From assembly GCA_036000965.1 (NCBI GenBank), contig DASYUT010000206.1:1193-65192 (forward strand): 64,000 nt of DNA, written 5' to 3'. The position numbers and the translations under genes were made by a program. The notes beneath the pieces were generated by a model. The model had not been told where the DNA came from, searched no databases, and saw only the letters and a list, made by a program, of their open reading frames with translations. The DNA is from Actinomycetes bacterium (GTDB taxonomy: Bacteria; Actinomycetota; CALGFH01). Below are positions 30,721 to 39,931 of the stretch, piece by piece; the first letter of the stretch is position 1; each line of letters starts with the position of its first letter.

Positions 30721-31266
30721 GTGAGCGTGTACCTGGCCAACGAGCAGAGCCAGAAGGCCGTCGACGAGACCGGCCTGGTCGCCCTGGCCAGGCTGGTCAT
30801 GGAGTCCGAGGGCGTGGAGGAGTCCGAGGTCTCCATCCTGGTGGTCGACCGGTCGGTGATGGCCGAGCTGAACAGCCGCTTCATGGGGGAGGAGCGGCCC
30901 ACCGACGTGCTGGCGTTCCCGATCGACGGGCCGCTGCCCGCCTCCGGCCCGCCCGACGGCCCGGTCGGCCCGCCCGGCTTCGCCGGCGAGCGCTACGGCA
31001 TGGTCGACGACGAGGTCGACGAGGACGAGGAGGAGGACGACGACGCCCCCTGGATGCTCGGGGACATCGTCCTGTGCCCCGCCTACGCGGCCGAGCAGGC
31101 GGCCCGGGCCGGGCAGACCCTCGCCGCCGAGCTCGAGCTGCTCACCGTCCACGGCATCCTCCACTTGTGCGGCTTCGACCACGCCGAGCCCGACGACGAG
31201 CAGCTCATGCGGGCGCGCACCGAGGAGCTGCTGGCGAGCTGGCGGGGGAGGGGAACAGGCCGATGA
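30721..31266 (+). CDS. ybeY: rRNA maturation RNase YbeY
   Basis: 'VHGILHLCGFDH' zinc-binding H3xH5xH motif. Confidence 0.9.
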   Translation: MSVYLANEQSQKAVDETGLVALARLVMESEGVEESEVSILVVDRSVMAELNSRFMGEERPTDVLAFPIDGPLPASGPPDGPVGPPGFAGERYGMVDDEVDEDEEEDDDAPWMLGDIVLCPAYAAEQAARAGQTLAAELELLTVHGILHLCGFDHAEPDDEQLMRARTEELLASWRGRGTGR

Positions 31267-32570
31267 AGGCGCCCTCCACCGGCGACGTCTGGATCCTGGT
31301 GGCCATCGTGGTCCTCACCGGGGTCGCCGCGTTCCTGGCCGCGGCCGAGACCAGCCTCACCCGGATGGGCCGCATCCGGGCCATGCACCTGGCCGAGGAG
31401 CACCAGCGCGGGGCCGCCCAGCTCCTCCGGCTCGTGGAGGACCCGCCCCGCTTCCTCAACCTGGTGCTGCTGCTGGTGCTGGTGGTCCAGTTCTTCGCGA
31501 CCGCGCTGGCCACCTCGGTGGCCGAGCGGCTGATCGGCGGCGGCACCGGGGTGGCGGTCGCGGCCACGGCCATGACCGTGCTCACGTTCATCTTCGCCGA
31601 GGTGGCGCCCAAGACGTTCGCGGTCCAGCACACCGACCGGGTCGCCCTCGGCGTGGCGCCGTTCGTGTACCTGCTGGTGCGGCTGCCGATCCTGGGGCCG
31701 CTGACCCGGCTGCTCATCGGGATCGGCAACGTGGTCACTCCCGGCAAGGGCCTCAGGACGGGCCCGTTCCTGTCCGAGGACGAGCTGCGCGCGATGGTCG
31801 ACGAGGCCGAGAAGGAGGAGGTCATCGAGCAGGAGGAGCGCGAGATGATCCACTCCATCTTCGAGTTCGGGGACACCATCCTGCGCGAGGTGATGGTGCC
31901 CAGGCCCGACATGGTCACGGTCAGCGTCGGGCGGTCGCTGCAGGAGGTGCTCGAGGTCATCCTGCGCTCCGGGTACTCGCGCATCCCCGTGCACCAGGGC
32001 GACATCGACGACATCGTCGGGCTCGCCTACGCCAAGGACGTGCTCCGCAGCCTCCACGACGGCCAGGTCGACAAGCCGCTGGCCGACATCCTGCGCCCGG
32101 CCCCGTTCATGCCGGAGTCGATGAAGGCGGCCGACTGCCTGCGCGAGATGCGCAGGCGCAAGAGCCACATGGTGATCGTGATCGACGAGTACGGCGGCAC
32201 CTCGGGCCTGGTCACCATCGAGGACCTGCTGGAGGAGATCGTCGGTGAGATCACCGACGAGTACGACCGCGAGGAGCCCAACGTCGAGCCCCTCCCCGAC
32301 GGCGACTACCGGGTCAACGCCCGGCTCGGCATCGACGAGGTCAACGAGCTGCTCGACGTGGAGCTACCCTCGACCGAGTGGGACTCGATCGGCGGCCTGG
32401 TGTTCAACCTGGTCGGCGACGTGCCCAAGGAGGGCCAGGAGGTCGAGTTCATGGGCCTCCGCCTGCGGGCCGAGCGGGTCCAGGGCCGCCGCCTGGGGCG
32501 GATCCGCATCCACCGCCTGGACGAGGCCGAGCTGGGCCAGGACGCCCCGGCCGAGGCCCGCCCACAGTGA
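31263..32570 (+). CDS. hemolysin/CorC family membrane protein (CNNM/DUF21 + CBS pair + CorC_HlyC)
   Basis: N-terminal TM domain 'ILVAIVVLTGVAAFLAAAETSL', CBS pair, C-terminal transporter-associated domain; third gene of the phoH-ybeY-corC unit. Confidence 0.85.
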   Translation: MKAPSTGDVWILVAIVVLTGVAAFLAAAETSLTRMGRIRAMHLAEEHQRGAAQLLRLVEDPPRFLNLVLLLVLVVQFFATALATSVAERLIGGGTGVAVAATAMTVLTFIFAEVAPKTFAVQHTDRVALGVAPFVYLLVRLPILGPLTRLLIGIGNVVTPGKGLRTGPFLSEDELRAMVDEAEKEEVIEQEEREMIHSIFEFGDTILREVMVPRPDMVTVSVGRSLQEVLEVILRSGYSRIPVHQGDIDDIVGLAYAKDVLRSLHDGQVDKPLADILRPAPFMPESMKAADCLREMRRRKSHMVIVIDEYGGTSGLVTIEDLLEEIVGEITDEYDREEPNVEPLPDGDYRVNARLGIDEVNELLDVELPSTEWDSIGGLVFNLVGDVPKEGQEVEFMGLRLRAERVQGRRLGRIRIHRLDEAELGQDAPAEARPQ

Positions 32571-32666
32571 TGCGGGCGGGCGCACCAGGAGCCGTGCGTG
32601 GAACGGGGGGGCGCCGGTGATGCGGGCGGGCGCACCAGGAGCCGTGCGCGGAACAAGGGGGTGCCG
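32567..32666. repeat. 50-bp tandem duplication ×2 covering the corC stop codon and the region immediately upstream of the cdd start
   Basis: GTGATGCGGGCGGGCGCACCAGGAGCCGTGCGYGGAACRRGGGGGKGCCG repeated twice; a third partial unit supplies the cdd GTG. Confidence 0.9.
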
Positions 32667-33167
32667 GTGACGAACCTGCCGGTGGGGGAGCTGGTCGCCG
32701 CCGCCCGCGCCGCCCGCGAGCGCGCCTACGCGCCCTACTCGCGGTTCCGGGTGGGCGCGGCCCTGCTCACCGACGGCGGGGACGTGGTGACCGCAGCCAA
32801 CGTGGAGAACGCCTCCTACGGCCTGAGCATCTGCGCCGAGCGGGCGGCCGTGGTGGCCGCCGTGGCCGCCGGCTACCGCAGCTTCGAGGCGATCGCGGTG
32901 GCCGGCGGCGGGGAGGCCCCGGTCACCCCGTGCGGGGCGTGCCGGCAGGTCCTGCGCGAGTTCCCGGCCGCCCTCGACCTCGAGGTCGTGTGCGCCGGCG
33001 AGGCCGGGGACCGGGTGCTCGCCACCACCCTCGGGGCCCTGCTGCCCGAGAGCTTCGGGCCTGACGCGCTTCAGGCGGAGCAGCCCGACGCGCCCGGCCG
33101 GCCGCTCGGCCTGAAGCGCGCCAGGCCCTCCCGCCCGAAGCGCGCACGGCCCGGGGAGCGGTCGTGA
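32661..33167 (+). CDS. cdd: cytidine deaminase (GTG start at 32661 or 32667)
   Basis: 'CAERAAV' and 'PCGACRQVL' zinc-binding CDA motifs. Confidence 0.8.
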   Translation: MPVTNLPVGELVAAARAARERAYAPYSRFRVGAALLTDGGDVVTAANVENASYGLSICAERAAVVAAVAAGYRSFEAIAVAGGGEAPVTPCGACRQVLREFPAALDLEVVCAGEAGDRVLATTLGALLPESFGPDALQAEQPDAPGRPLGLKRARPSRPKRARPGERS

Positions 33168-34057
33168 AGTCTGGCCTGGCCGCGCTCGTCGGCCGGCCCA
33201 ACGTGGGCAAGTCCACCCTGCTCAACGGCCTGCTCGGCGAGAAGCTGGCGATCATGTCGGACAAGCCGCAGACCACCCGTACGGTGGTTCGCGGCGTGCT
33301 CCACTCCGAGCGCGGCCAGGCGGTGCTGGTCGACACGCCCGGGCTGCACAAGCCACAGACCCTCCTCGGCCAGCGGCTGAACGACCTCGTCCGGGGCACC
33401 CTGGCCGAGGTCGACCTGGTCTGCCTGCTGGTCGACGCGTCCGCCGGGGTCGGCCGGGGCGACCGCTTCCTGGCCGGCGAGCTGGCCCGGACCGGCACGC
33501 CGGCCATCTGCGTGGTCAACAAGATGGACGCGGTCCCCCGGGCCAAGCTGGTCGAGGCGCTCCAGGCCGCGGCCGCGCTCGGTGACTGGGCCGAGGTCGT
33601 GCCGGTGTCGGCCCGTACCGGCGAGCAGCTCGACGTGCTCGTCGGGCTCATCTTCGACCACCTGCCCGAGGGGCCGCCGCTCTACCCCGAGGGCCACGTC
33701 ACCGACGAGCCCGAGCAGCACCTGATCGCCGAGGTGATCCGCGAGAAGGCCCTCGCCCTGGTCCGCGACGAGCTGCCCCACTCGGTGGCGGTCCTGGTCG
33801 ACGAGGTCGGCCCCGGCCAGAGCGAGGCCGAGGGCCGCGACCCCGTGCTGGTGGTCCGGGCCACCCTGTTCGTCGAGCGGGCCAGCCAGAAGCCGATCGT
33901 GCTCGGCAAGCAGGGGTCGGTGCTGCGCGAGATCGGCACCCGGGCCCGCGCCGAGCTGGAGGTCCTGCTCGGCACCCGCATCTACCTCGACCTCCACGTC
34001 AAGGTGGCCAAGGAGTGGCAGCGCGACCCCAAGCAGCTCGCCCGCCTGGGGTTCTGA
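33164..34057 (+). CDS. era: GTPase Era
   Basis: '[12 protein letters not shown]' G1, 'DTPG' G3, 'NKMD' G4, C-terminal KH domain. Confidence 0.95.
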   Translation: MKSGLAALVGRPNVGKSTLLNGLLGEKLAIMSDKPQTTRTVVRGVLHSERGQAVLVDTPGLHKPQTLLGQRLNDLVRGTLAEVDLVCLLVDASAGVGRGDRFLAGELARTGTPAICVVNKMDAVPRAKLVEALQAAAALGDWAEVVPVSARTGEQLDVLVGLIFDHLPEGPPLYPEGHVTDEPEQHLIAEVIREKALALVRDELPHSVAVLVDEVGPGQSEAEGRDPVLVVRATLFVERASQKPIVLGKQGSVLREIGTRARAELEVLLGTRIYLDLHVKVAKEWQRDPKQLARLGF

Positions 34058-34092
34058 CCGCCCTGGGAGGTGGCGGGTCAGAAGTCGGCGGG

Positions 34093-35325
34093 TCAGAAGT
34101 CGGTGGAGCACCAGGGGGCGAGGTCACTGGTGAACATCGCGTCGGCGCGGGCCAGCGCGCCCGGCCGGCCCTCGCGGGCGCGGCCGGCCCGGCCCAGGGT
34201 GGAGAAGCGGACCCCGCCGAGGTAGGCGGCGCCCAGCGCGGCCACGTCGAGCACCACGTCCGGCTCGAAGCCCGTCCGCGCGCAGTCGGCACCCGAAGGT
34301 CCGCCGTCGACCCGGAAGCGGCCGTCGTTCTCGGGCAGCAGCGGGTCGGCGACCTCGAGCACGAGCTGCCCGCTGGCGGCGTAGCGCCGGGCGGCCAGGG
34401 CGGCCGGCACGTCCAGGACGCGCAGCCACAGGAAGTCGGAGAGCAGCGTGGTGCGCAGGCGGCGCGGGTCGGCCAGGCACCAGCGCAGCGGCTCGTCCAG
34501 CGGCCGGTTGTGCAGCTCGACGGTGGTGGTCAGGTCGAGGTCGAGGCAGAACCGCCACAGCGACGCGGCCGCCTCCGGGGTGACCGCCATCAGCTCGTGG
34601 ACCTGGGCCACGTTGTCGGGCAGGTTGTCGGTCCAGCGCGGCTTCAGGCTGTAGGTGGCGTAGCCGTCGACCTGGCCGGGAGCCGGCTCGTAGGCCACGT
34701 TGACGCGGGGGCCGCCGCCGTCGCGGATCCACTCGGGGTCGCGCAGGCGCAGGTCCCACCACGCCGGGGTGCGGCTGACCTGGCCGGGATGGACGCGGCG
34801 GACGCGGTCGAACAGCTCCGGCAGCATCCGGGCCGCCTCGTCGCCGGCGACCAGGCGCACCCGCCCGCCGGTTGGCACCGACCCGGCGAACGCGGCGTGC
34901 CTGCGGTCGATCTCCAGGTCGGCCGCCGAGCTGGCCAAGCCGTACCCGAACCGGCCGTAGAGCAGCGACTCCGACGCGGTCAGGATCGACACCGGCTCGC
35001 CCCGGGCCTGCACGTCCTCGAAGTGGCGCTGCATGAGCGCGCGCAGGATGCCCCGGCGCCGGTGGGTAGGCAGCACCGAGACCAGCGTCAGCCCGCCGGC
35101 GGGCATGCCGACGCCGCCCGGCACGGTCAGCTCGAAGGAGTAGGCGCCGGCGGTGGCGACCATCCCCTCCTGGGCGTCGAAGGCGCACAGGCTGCGCTCG
35201 GTCTCGAAGACCTTGGGGAACTCGGCGAGGGCCTCGCCGGGCCAGCGGCGACCGAAGACCGTGCCGAACACGCGCGCGAGCTCGGGCAGCTCCTCGACCG
35301 CGATCGGCCGGATCTCGACATCCAT
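34093..35325 (-). CDS. Eis-like GNAT family N-acetyltransferase (GNAT + SCP2-like C-terminal domain)
   Basis: 'VLPTHRRRGILRALMQRH' acetyl-CoA binding motif; ~410 aa three-domain Eis-type organisation. Confidence 0.7.
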   Translation of the reverse strand: MDVEIRPIAVEELPELARVFGTVFGRRWPGEALAEFPKVFETERSLCAFDAQEGMVATAGAYSFELTVPGGVGMPAGGLTLVSVLPTHRRRGILRALMQRHFEDVQARGEPVSILTASESLLYGRFGYGLASSAADLEIDRRHAAFAGSVPTGGRVRLVAGDEAARMLPELFDRVRRVHPGQVSRTPAWWDLRLRDPEWIRDGGGPRVNVAYEPAPGQVDGYATYSLKPRWTDNLPDNVAQVHELMAVTPEAAASLWRFCLDLDLTTTVELHNRPLDEPLRWCLADPRRLRTTLLSDFLWLRVLDVPAALAARRYAASGQLVLEVADPLLPENDGRFRVDGGPSGADCARTGFEPDVVLDVAALGAAYLGGVRFSTLGRAGRAREGRPGALARADAMFTSDLAPWCSTDF

Positions 35326-35592
35326 GGGCCTTGTTGTACCCGCCGCCGCCCGCGCGCGCACGCGGTTTTCCCACGCCGGTCACGGGACTGGGAGGGTCAG
35401 GTGCCCGTGGCCTGCTCGCCCGTGGCCTGCTCGCCTCCGGGCGCAGCCAGGCCTGATTGTCGCAGACGATCGCCGCGCCACTTCGCTGTCAGCGGAGCGG
35501 AAGGCGCCAGGGCCGAGCCCTCAGTAGGCTTGCCGCCCGGACGACCGAGCAGGCTTGCCGCCGGGACGGCCGACGACGAAAAGGAGCCCGGG

Positions 35593-36624
35593 ATGCGAGT
35601 GATGGTGCTGGGGGGGACGCGGTTCATCGGGGCCGCGATCGTCGAGGAGCTCGACGGGCACGGGCACGAGCTACTCATCGTGCACCGGGGGGAGCACGAG
35701 CCCGACGACCTGCCCGCCGCCGAACACCTGCACGCCGACCGGCGTGACCTGCCCCACCTGCGGGGTGCGGTCCAGGAGTTCGGGCCGGAGGCGCTGGTCG
35801 ACACCTGCGCGCTCACCGCCACCGACGCCGAGACGGCGCTCGCCACCCTCGGCGACGACGTCCGCCTGCTGGTCCTGTCCAGCGTGGACGTCTACCGGGC
35901 GTTCGGGTCGGTGCTGACCGGGGTGGAGACCGACCCGCTCCCGCTGGACGAGACCTCACCGGTGCGCGCCGAACGCTTCCCCTACCGGGGTCGCATGGAG
36001 CGGGGCGACGACTACGAGAAGCTCGAGGTCGAGGAGCCCTACCTGGCCAGGGCGGCCACCGTCTGCCGGCTCCCGATGGTGTACGGCGAGCGCGACTACC
36101 AGCGACGCGAGGAGGCGATCCTGAGCCGGGTGCGGGCCGGGCGCTCCCGCATCCCCATCGGGACAGGCAGCTGGCTGTGGACCCGCGGCTACGTCCGCGA
36201 CATCGCCACCGGGGTCCGCCTCGCACTCGAGTCGGACGCTGCCTTGGCCGAGGTGCTCAACCTGGGGGAGAGCCGGAGCTGGTCGATGGGCCTGTGGGCC
36301 AGGCACGTCCTGGAGGCGGCCGGTGCCCAGGCCGAGCTGGTCCGGGTGCCCGACGTGCTCCTCCCCGACGACCTCGAAGAGTTCGGCACTATCCAGCAAC
36401 ACCTACTCGTGAGTTCCGCCAAGGCGCGGGATCTCCTCGGCTGGGAAGAGACGGACCCCCATGAGGCGCTGACTCGCTCGGTCGCCTGGCACCTGGCCAA
36501 CCCGCCCGGGGACGCCGACCGTGACTTCGAGGCCGACGACCGGGCGCTGGCCGCGACCGACGACCGGGCGCTGGCCGCGGCCGACGAGTACCTGGCGTCG
36601 CAGCAACCGGCTAGCCACGCCTGA
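35593..36624 (+). CDS. NAD-dependent epimerase/dehydratase family (extended SDR) protein; contains an in-frame 24-bp ×2 duplication near the 3' end (36531-36578)
   Basis: 'MRVMVLGGTRFIGAAIVEEL' Rossmann GxxGxxG; RBS AAAAGGAGCC; the 869-aa ORF in the track is a read-through artefact. Confidence 0.8.
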   Translation: MRVMVLGGTRFIGAAIVEELDGHGHELLIVHRGEHEPDDLPAAEHLHADRRDLPHLRGAVQEFGPEALVDTCALTATDAETALATLGDDVRLLVLSSVDVYRAFGSVLTGVETDPLPLDETSPVRAERFPYRGRMERGDDYEKLEVEEPYLARAATVCRLPMVYGERDYQRREEAILSRVRAGRSRIPIGTGSWLWTRGYVRDIATGVRLALESDAALAEVLNLGESRSWSMGLWARHVLEAAGAQAELVRVPDVLLPDDLEEFGTIQQHLLVSSAKARDLLGWEETDPHEALTRSVAWHLANPPGDADRDFEADDRALAATDDRALAAADEYLASQQPASHA

Positions 36625-38215
36625 ACGGGTAAACAGGATCTCCAACACCGCGGATTGGGACACTGTCGATGACGCAGGGGTGGAAGACATAGCTGTCCGC
36701 ACCGATGGGAATATCGAACTGGTCCATGTCGGCGTGAGAGTAGAAATGGGCTTCGCCGCCTGCCTCAACATAGCCGAGGAGCCCGTTCTGCCAGAGGACG
36801 GAGGGGAAGCTGGTGGTGCTGTCGAACTTCTCGTCGGCGCGCATGCTCATCAGTTCCAGCTCTTCCCTTGAGAAGCGGTCACGGCCGACTTCCCTGATGA
36901 TGCCGCGAACCTGGTGGTCGATTCCAGCCAGATACTCCATGGTGCTGGTGTAGATCTCGGAGTACCCGTGACGCGCGGCGTCCTTCGGCATGGTGTCTGC
37001 GGCGATCTGGTTGCTGGTCTGGGCGAGCTGCGAATCCCCGAACCGCTTGGACGAGCGGGAGACGACGCGTCGCAGGTCCGGCTGGGAGAACTCCGTGCGG
37101 CCAGCTGCCCTCTGCCGCAGGATCGCGGCGCAGATCGCATTGCCCAGGGAAACGATGTCTCTCGGGATGAGCCGCGTGTGCCGAAGAAGGTAGTCGCCGG
37201 CCCTCTCGTGCACTCCGCGGGCCTCGTTCTTCACGACAGGGGTTCCAAGCCAGGCTTCAACTGGGTTCGCATAGGTCCCTGCGGCCATGAGGAAGGACTG
37301 GTCGAGCCTGCGCAGCTTCTCGAGCAGCAGGTATTCGATCGACTCTCTATCCCAGCTGAGGACGCGAATATGCGGCTCATCGTGGTATCGCGGTGCATGC
37401 TCGGAGCGGTAGACAGACGACATCACGATGTCCCGGACGGAGATCACGATGTGCAGGCGCCCGCCGAGCCTCGGGTCCCTCAGGAAGCGCATCACCTGAT
37501 AGAACAGGCCCTTCTGGCACCGCAGCCAGTACATCGGCGCATGGCTGAACTCTTCGTCCACCGCGTCAAGGTAGAAGAAAATCGGCGGACACGTCCGGAG
37601 GATCTCCGCGAGGACGTCTTCGAGGTCGTCCCACGCGGGGTCGTCCAGGTAGTCCGTCAGCTGGCGGGCCTTGTTCTGCCCATTGATGATCGTGCGCATC
37701 TCCGCGTAGATGGATCTCGGCCTCCGGAACTCACCCAGCAGGTGTCCGTATTCTCCCCTCAGCGTTCCCGCCTGCTCGTGTGAAAGGTAGGGCTTGAGGT
37801 CCTCGTGGGCGAGAAGATGGGTCGCCAGAGAGCTCAGTACCGCACGGTTCCACACCTGCATCCACTTCTCGGTGAGGAATCGTTCTGGAAACCATTGGCA
37901 AGCCTTGACGACAGCTTCTGTCGATGGGAGGTTCTGCTGGGGATGGCCGGCGTAGACGGATCCCTGGTGTGCCTGGAAGCTGCGCAGACGCCGCAGGTAG
38001 ACGGTCTTCCCGGCACCAAGCCGTCCAACGATCACGCGAGTTGTGGCGTCGTCAGCCGGTGCCGCGAGAGCTCCAAAAGCAGGATTGCCCCGGAAGTCGA
38101 CGAAATCGCTCAGAATGTTTGCGATGGGCGCCCTGGAGCCATCTGGATTTCCAAATGGGCCTGTTGGGTCTGAGAACCCTTCCACTATCAGGTTGCCGTC
38201 CAGCTGGGCGTGCAT
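36611..38215 (-). CDS. P-loop NTPase of unknown function (534 aa), low-GC islet gene 2
   Basis: Walker A 'VIVGRLGAGKTVYL', Walker-B-like 'IFFYLDAVDEEF', possible sensor 'LHIVISVRD'; GC content ~57% against ~70% background; stop overlaps the epimerase stop convergently. Confidence 0.75.
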   Translation of the reverse strand: MHAQLDGNLIVEGFSDPTGPFGNPDGSRAPIANILSDFVDFRGNPAFGALAAPADDATTRVIVGRLGAGKTVYLRRLRSFQAHQGSVYAGHPQQNLPSTEAVVKACQWFPERFLTEKWMQVWNRAVLSSLATHLLAHEDLKPYLSHEQAGTLRGEYGHLLGEFRRPRSIYAEMRTIINGQNKARQLTDYLDDPAWDDLEDVLAEILRTCPPIFFYLDAVDEEFSHAPMYWLRCQKGLFYQVMRFLRDPRLGGRLHIVISVRDIVMSSVYRSEHAPRYHDEPHIRVLSWDRESIEYLLLEKLRRLDQSFLMAAGTYANPVEAWLGTPVVKNEARGVHERAGDYLLRHTRLIPRDIVSLGNAICAAILRQRAAGRTEFSQPDLRRVVSRSSKRFGDSQLAQTSNQIAADTMPKDAARHGYSEIYTSTMEYLAGIDHQVRGIIREVGRDRFSREELELMSMRADEKFDSTTSFPSVLWQNGLLGYVEAGGEAHFYSHADMDQFDIPIGADSYVFHPCVIDSVPIRGVGDPVYPFRRG

Positions 38216-38249
38216 CCGACCTCCATCACTCGCTCGTCGGTGGCTCGCA

Positions 38250-39251
38250 CTAGAACGGGGAGCCGGGAGACAGGAACAGGTGCTGGGCGACTCGCCACGC
38301 CTCGTGTAGCTTTGCGGCGTGCTCCCCGGACAGGTGTGAGACCGCGACCTCCTCGTTCGTCTTGTGGAACAGTTCCTTGACGGTGAAGCCAGACTCGGAG
38401 GTGAGGCTCTGAAGGCCGTCCTCGGTTATGACCCATTCATCGTTTGGCATCTCGATGATCGGCTTGAATCGAGGCATGGGCATGGCGGCGGACGGCGGCC
38501 GAGTTCGAGCTTCGATGGCGAGTCGAAGCAGATGGATCAGCTGCTGCAACGCTCCAGCGGGATCGAAGTGCTCGTCACCCGGGTAGCGGTTGAGCCGTTG
38601 CAGCTCTGGGGCCACCGAACCTGTCCACTCACCCGCGCTCGTTGCCGCAGACCAGGGAATCGGTTGCTGTCCACGCCTGGCGATGGTGGGTGCTGTGGCG
38701 TCGTGCGGGACCGTCCCATCCTCTTCCTCGAGCCCGACCTCGAGAACCGGCGTTCCGTTGCCGAGCCATGCCGACAGGGGAAATCGCAGTCTGAAGGTGG
38801 TCCCGGGCAGCCGGACTCGCACGCCTCGGTCTGAAACGGCCCCCAGCCCTCGTGCCCTGTCGAGTAGCGCGGTGATGTTCTCGAAGGTTGGCTCCTCCTT
38901 GAATCTGTTGAAAGCGTCGTCGTCGGTTCGACGGCGCTGCTGCACGTGCTCCAGGGTGACGCTGCGCAGGTCGTCCAGCCGTGCATCCGTCTGTTGGCGG
39001 ATCGCCTCGATCTCGTGCGACAGCTGTTCGACCGATGAGCGGGTGTGCTGCTCCTGTTGGCGAACCTCGCGTATTCGTCGTTCAAGGATCGTCTGCACCC
39101 AGTACAGGGGGCCGAACAGTGCCAGCGCCGCTCCGAGGTCGAGCCACACCGAGGGAGCGTAGTCTCCTCGGGCCAACGAGCCCATGACGATCAGGGAGGC
39201 GCCGAGGGCCACCGTGGCCGACGGGATGACCCAGCCTTGTCTTGGCCTCAT
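38250..39251 (-). CDS. membrane protein with two N-terminal TM helices and a coiled-coil region (333 aa), low-GC islet gene 1
   Basis: TM helices 'SATVALGASLIVMGSL' and 'WLDLGAALALFGPLYWV'; heptad-like 'ILERRIREVRQQEQHTRSSVEQLSHEIEAIRQQTDARLDDLRSV'; 34-bp gap to the NTPase gene suggests an operon. Confidence 0.7.
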   Translation of the reverse strand: MRPRQGWVIPSATVALGASLIVMGSLARGDYAPSVWLDLGAALALFGPLYWVQTILERRIREVRQQEQHTRSSVEQLSHEIEAIRQQTDARLDDLRSVTLEHVQQRRRTDDDAFNRFKEEPTFENITALLDRARGLGAVSDRGVRVRLPGTTFRLRFPLSAWLGNGTPVLEVGLEEEDGTVPHDATAPTIARRGQQPIPWSAATSAGEWTGSVAPELQRLNRYPGDEHFDPAGALQQLIHLLRLAIEARTRPPSAAMPMPRFKPIIEMPNDEWVITEDGLQSLTSESGFTVKELFHKTNEEVAVSHLSGEHAAKLHEAWRVAQHLFLSPGSPF

Positions 39252-39931
39252 GCGGAACCTGCTCTGGGTGGTCGTTCCCTGGCCAAGATCCCACGCCTGT
39301 CACAGGCGGGGCGTGAGCCCGCTGGGCAACGGGGGAAGGCCTCGTCCGAGCGTCGGTCTCCTGCCGGCCGGTGACCACCGCGCACGCCGATCAGGCGTGT
39401 CAGTTCGGGCGGGCTGTCCGCCATCGCCACCGCTCCGTTCGATCGCCACCTGCGGGCTTTGAGCGGCTCGATCGTGGCATCCCCGTCACGGGACGTAAAG
39501 GGCAAGGATCGTGTCGGGCGGCGCCTCGCGCGCCGGCAACAAGTACACGACGACAGCGGCCGCTGCGTCGGCCGCTCGGTCGGCGATGGTTCCTTGCCAG
39601 CATCGGGCTGTGGGGGCGACCATAGACGCAGGCTCACGCCGCGAGCAGGCGCATCTCACCCTCGACGACCCCGAGTGCGGGGGCGACCATGGACGCAGGC
39701 TCACGCGGGGCGAGGAGCCATGGCCAACGAGAGCGAGCGGCTTGAATGGCGAGGAGCAGAGCGAGCAGCGCCGTGCCCGAAGGCCGCGAGTCGGGTGGCC
39801 GGGTCGCCGACGCCCCTCGGGTCCAGGTGATAGCTGGCGAGGCACCGGCGGGTGGCCAGGTCGCCGACGCCCCTGGGGCCCAGGTGATAGCCGGCGAGGC
39901 ACCGGCGGAGGAGGCTGCTCCGGCCCAGGAG

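Noticed and set aside
34015-36624. 869-aa + strand ORF spanning the Eis-like region into the epimerase
   Set aside because: Read-through in a stop-poor frame. Only the last 344 codons, from the ATG at 35593 with an RBS, show epimerase homology. The upstream part is antisense to the Eis-like gene.
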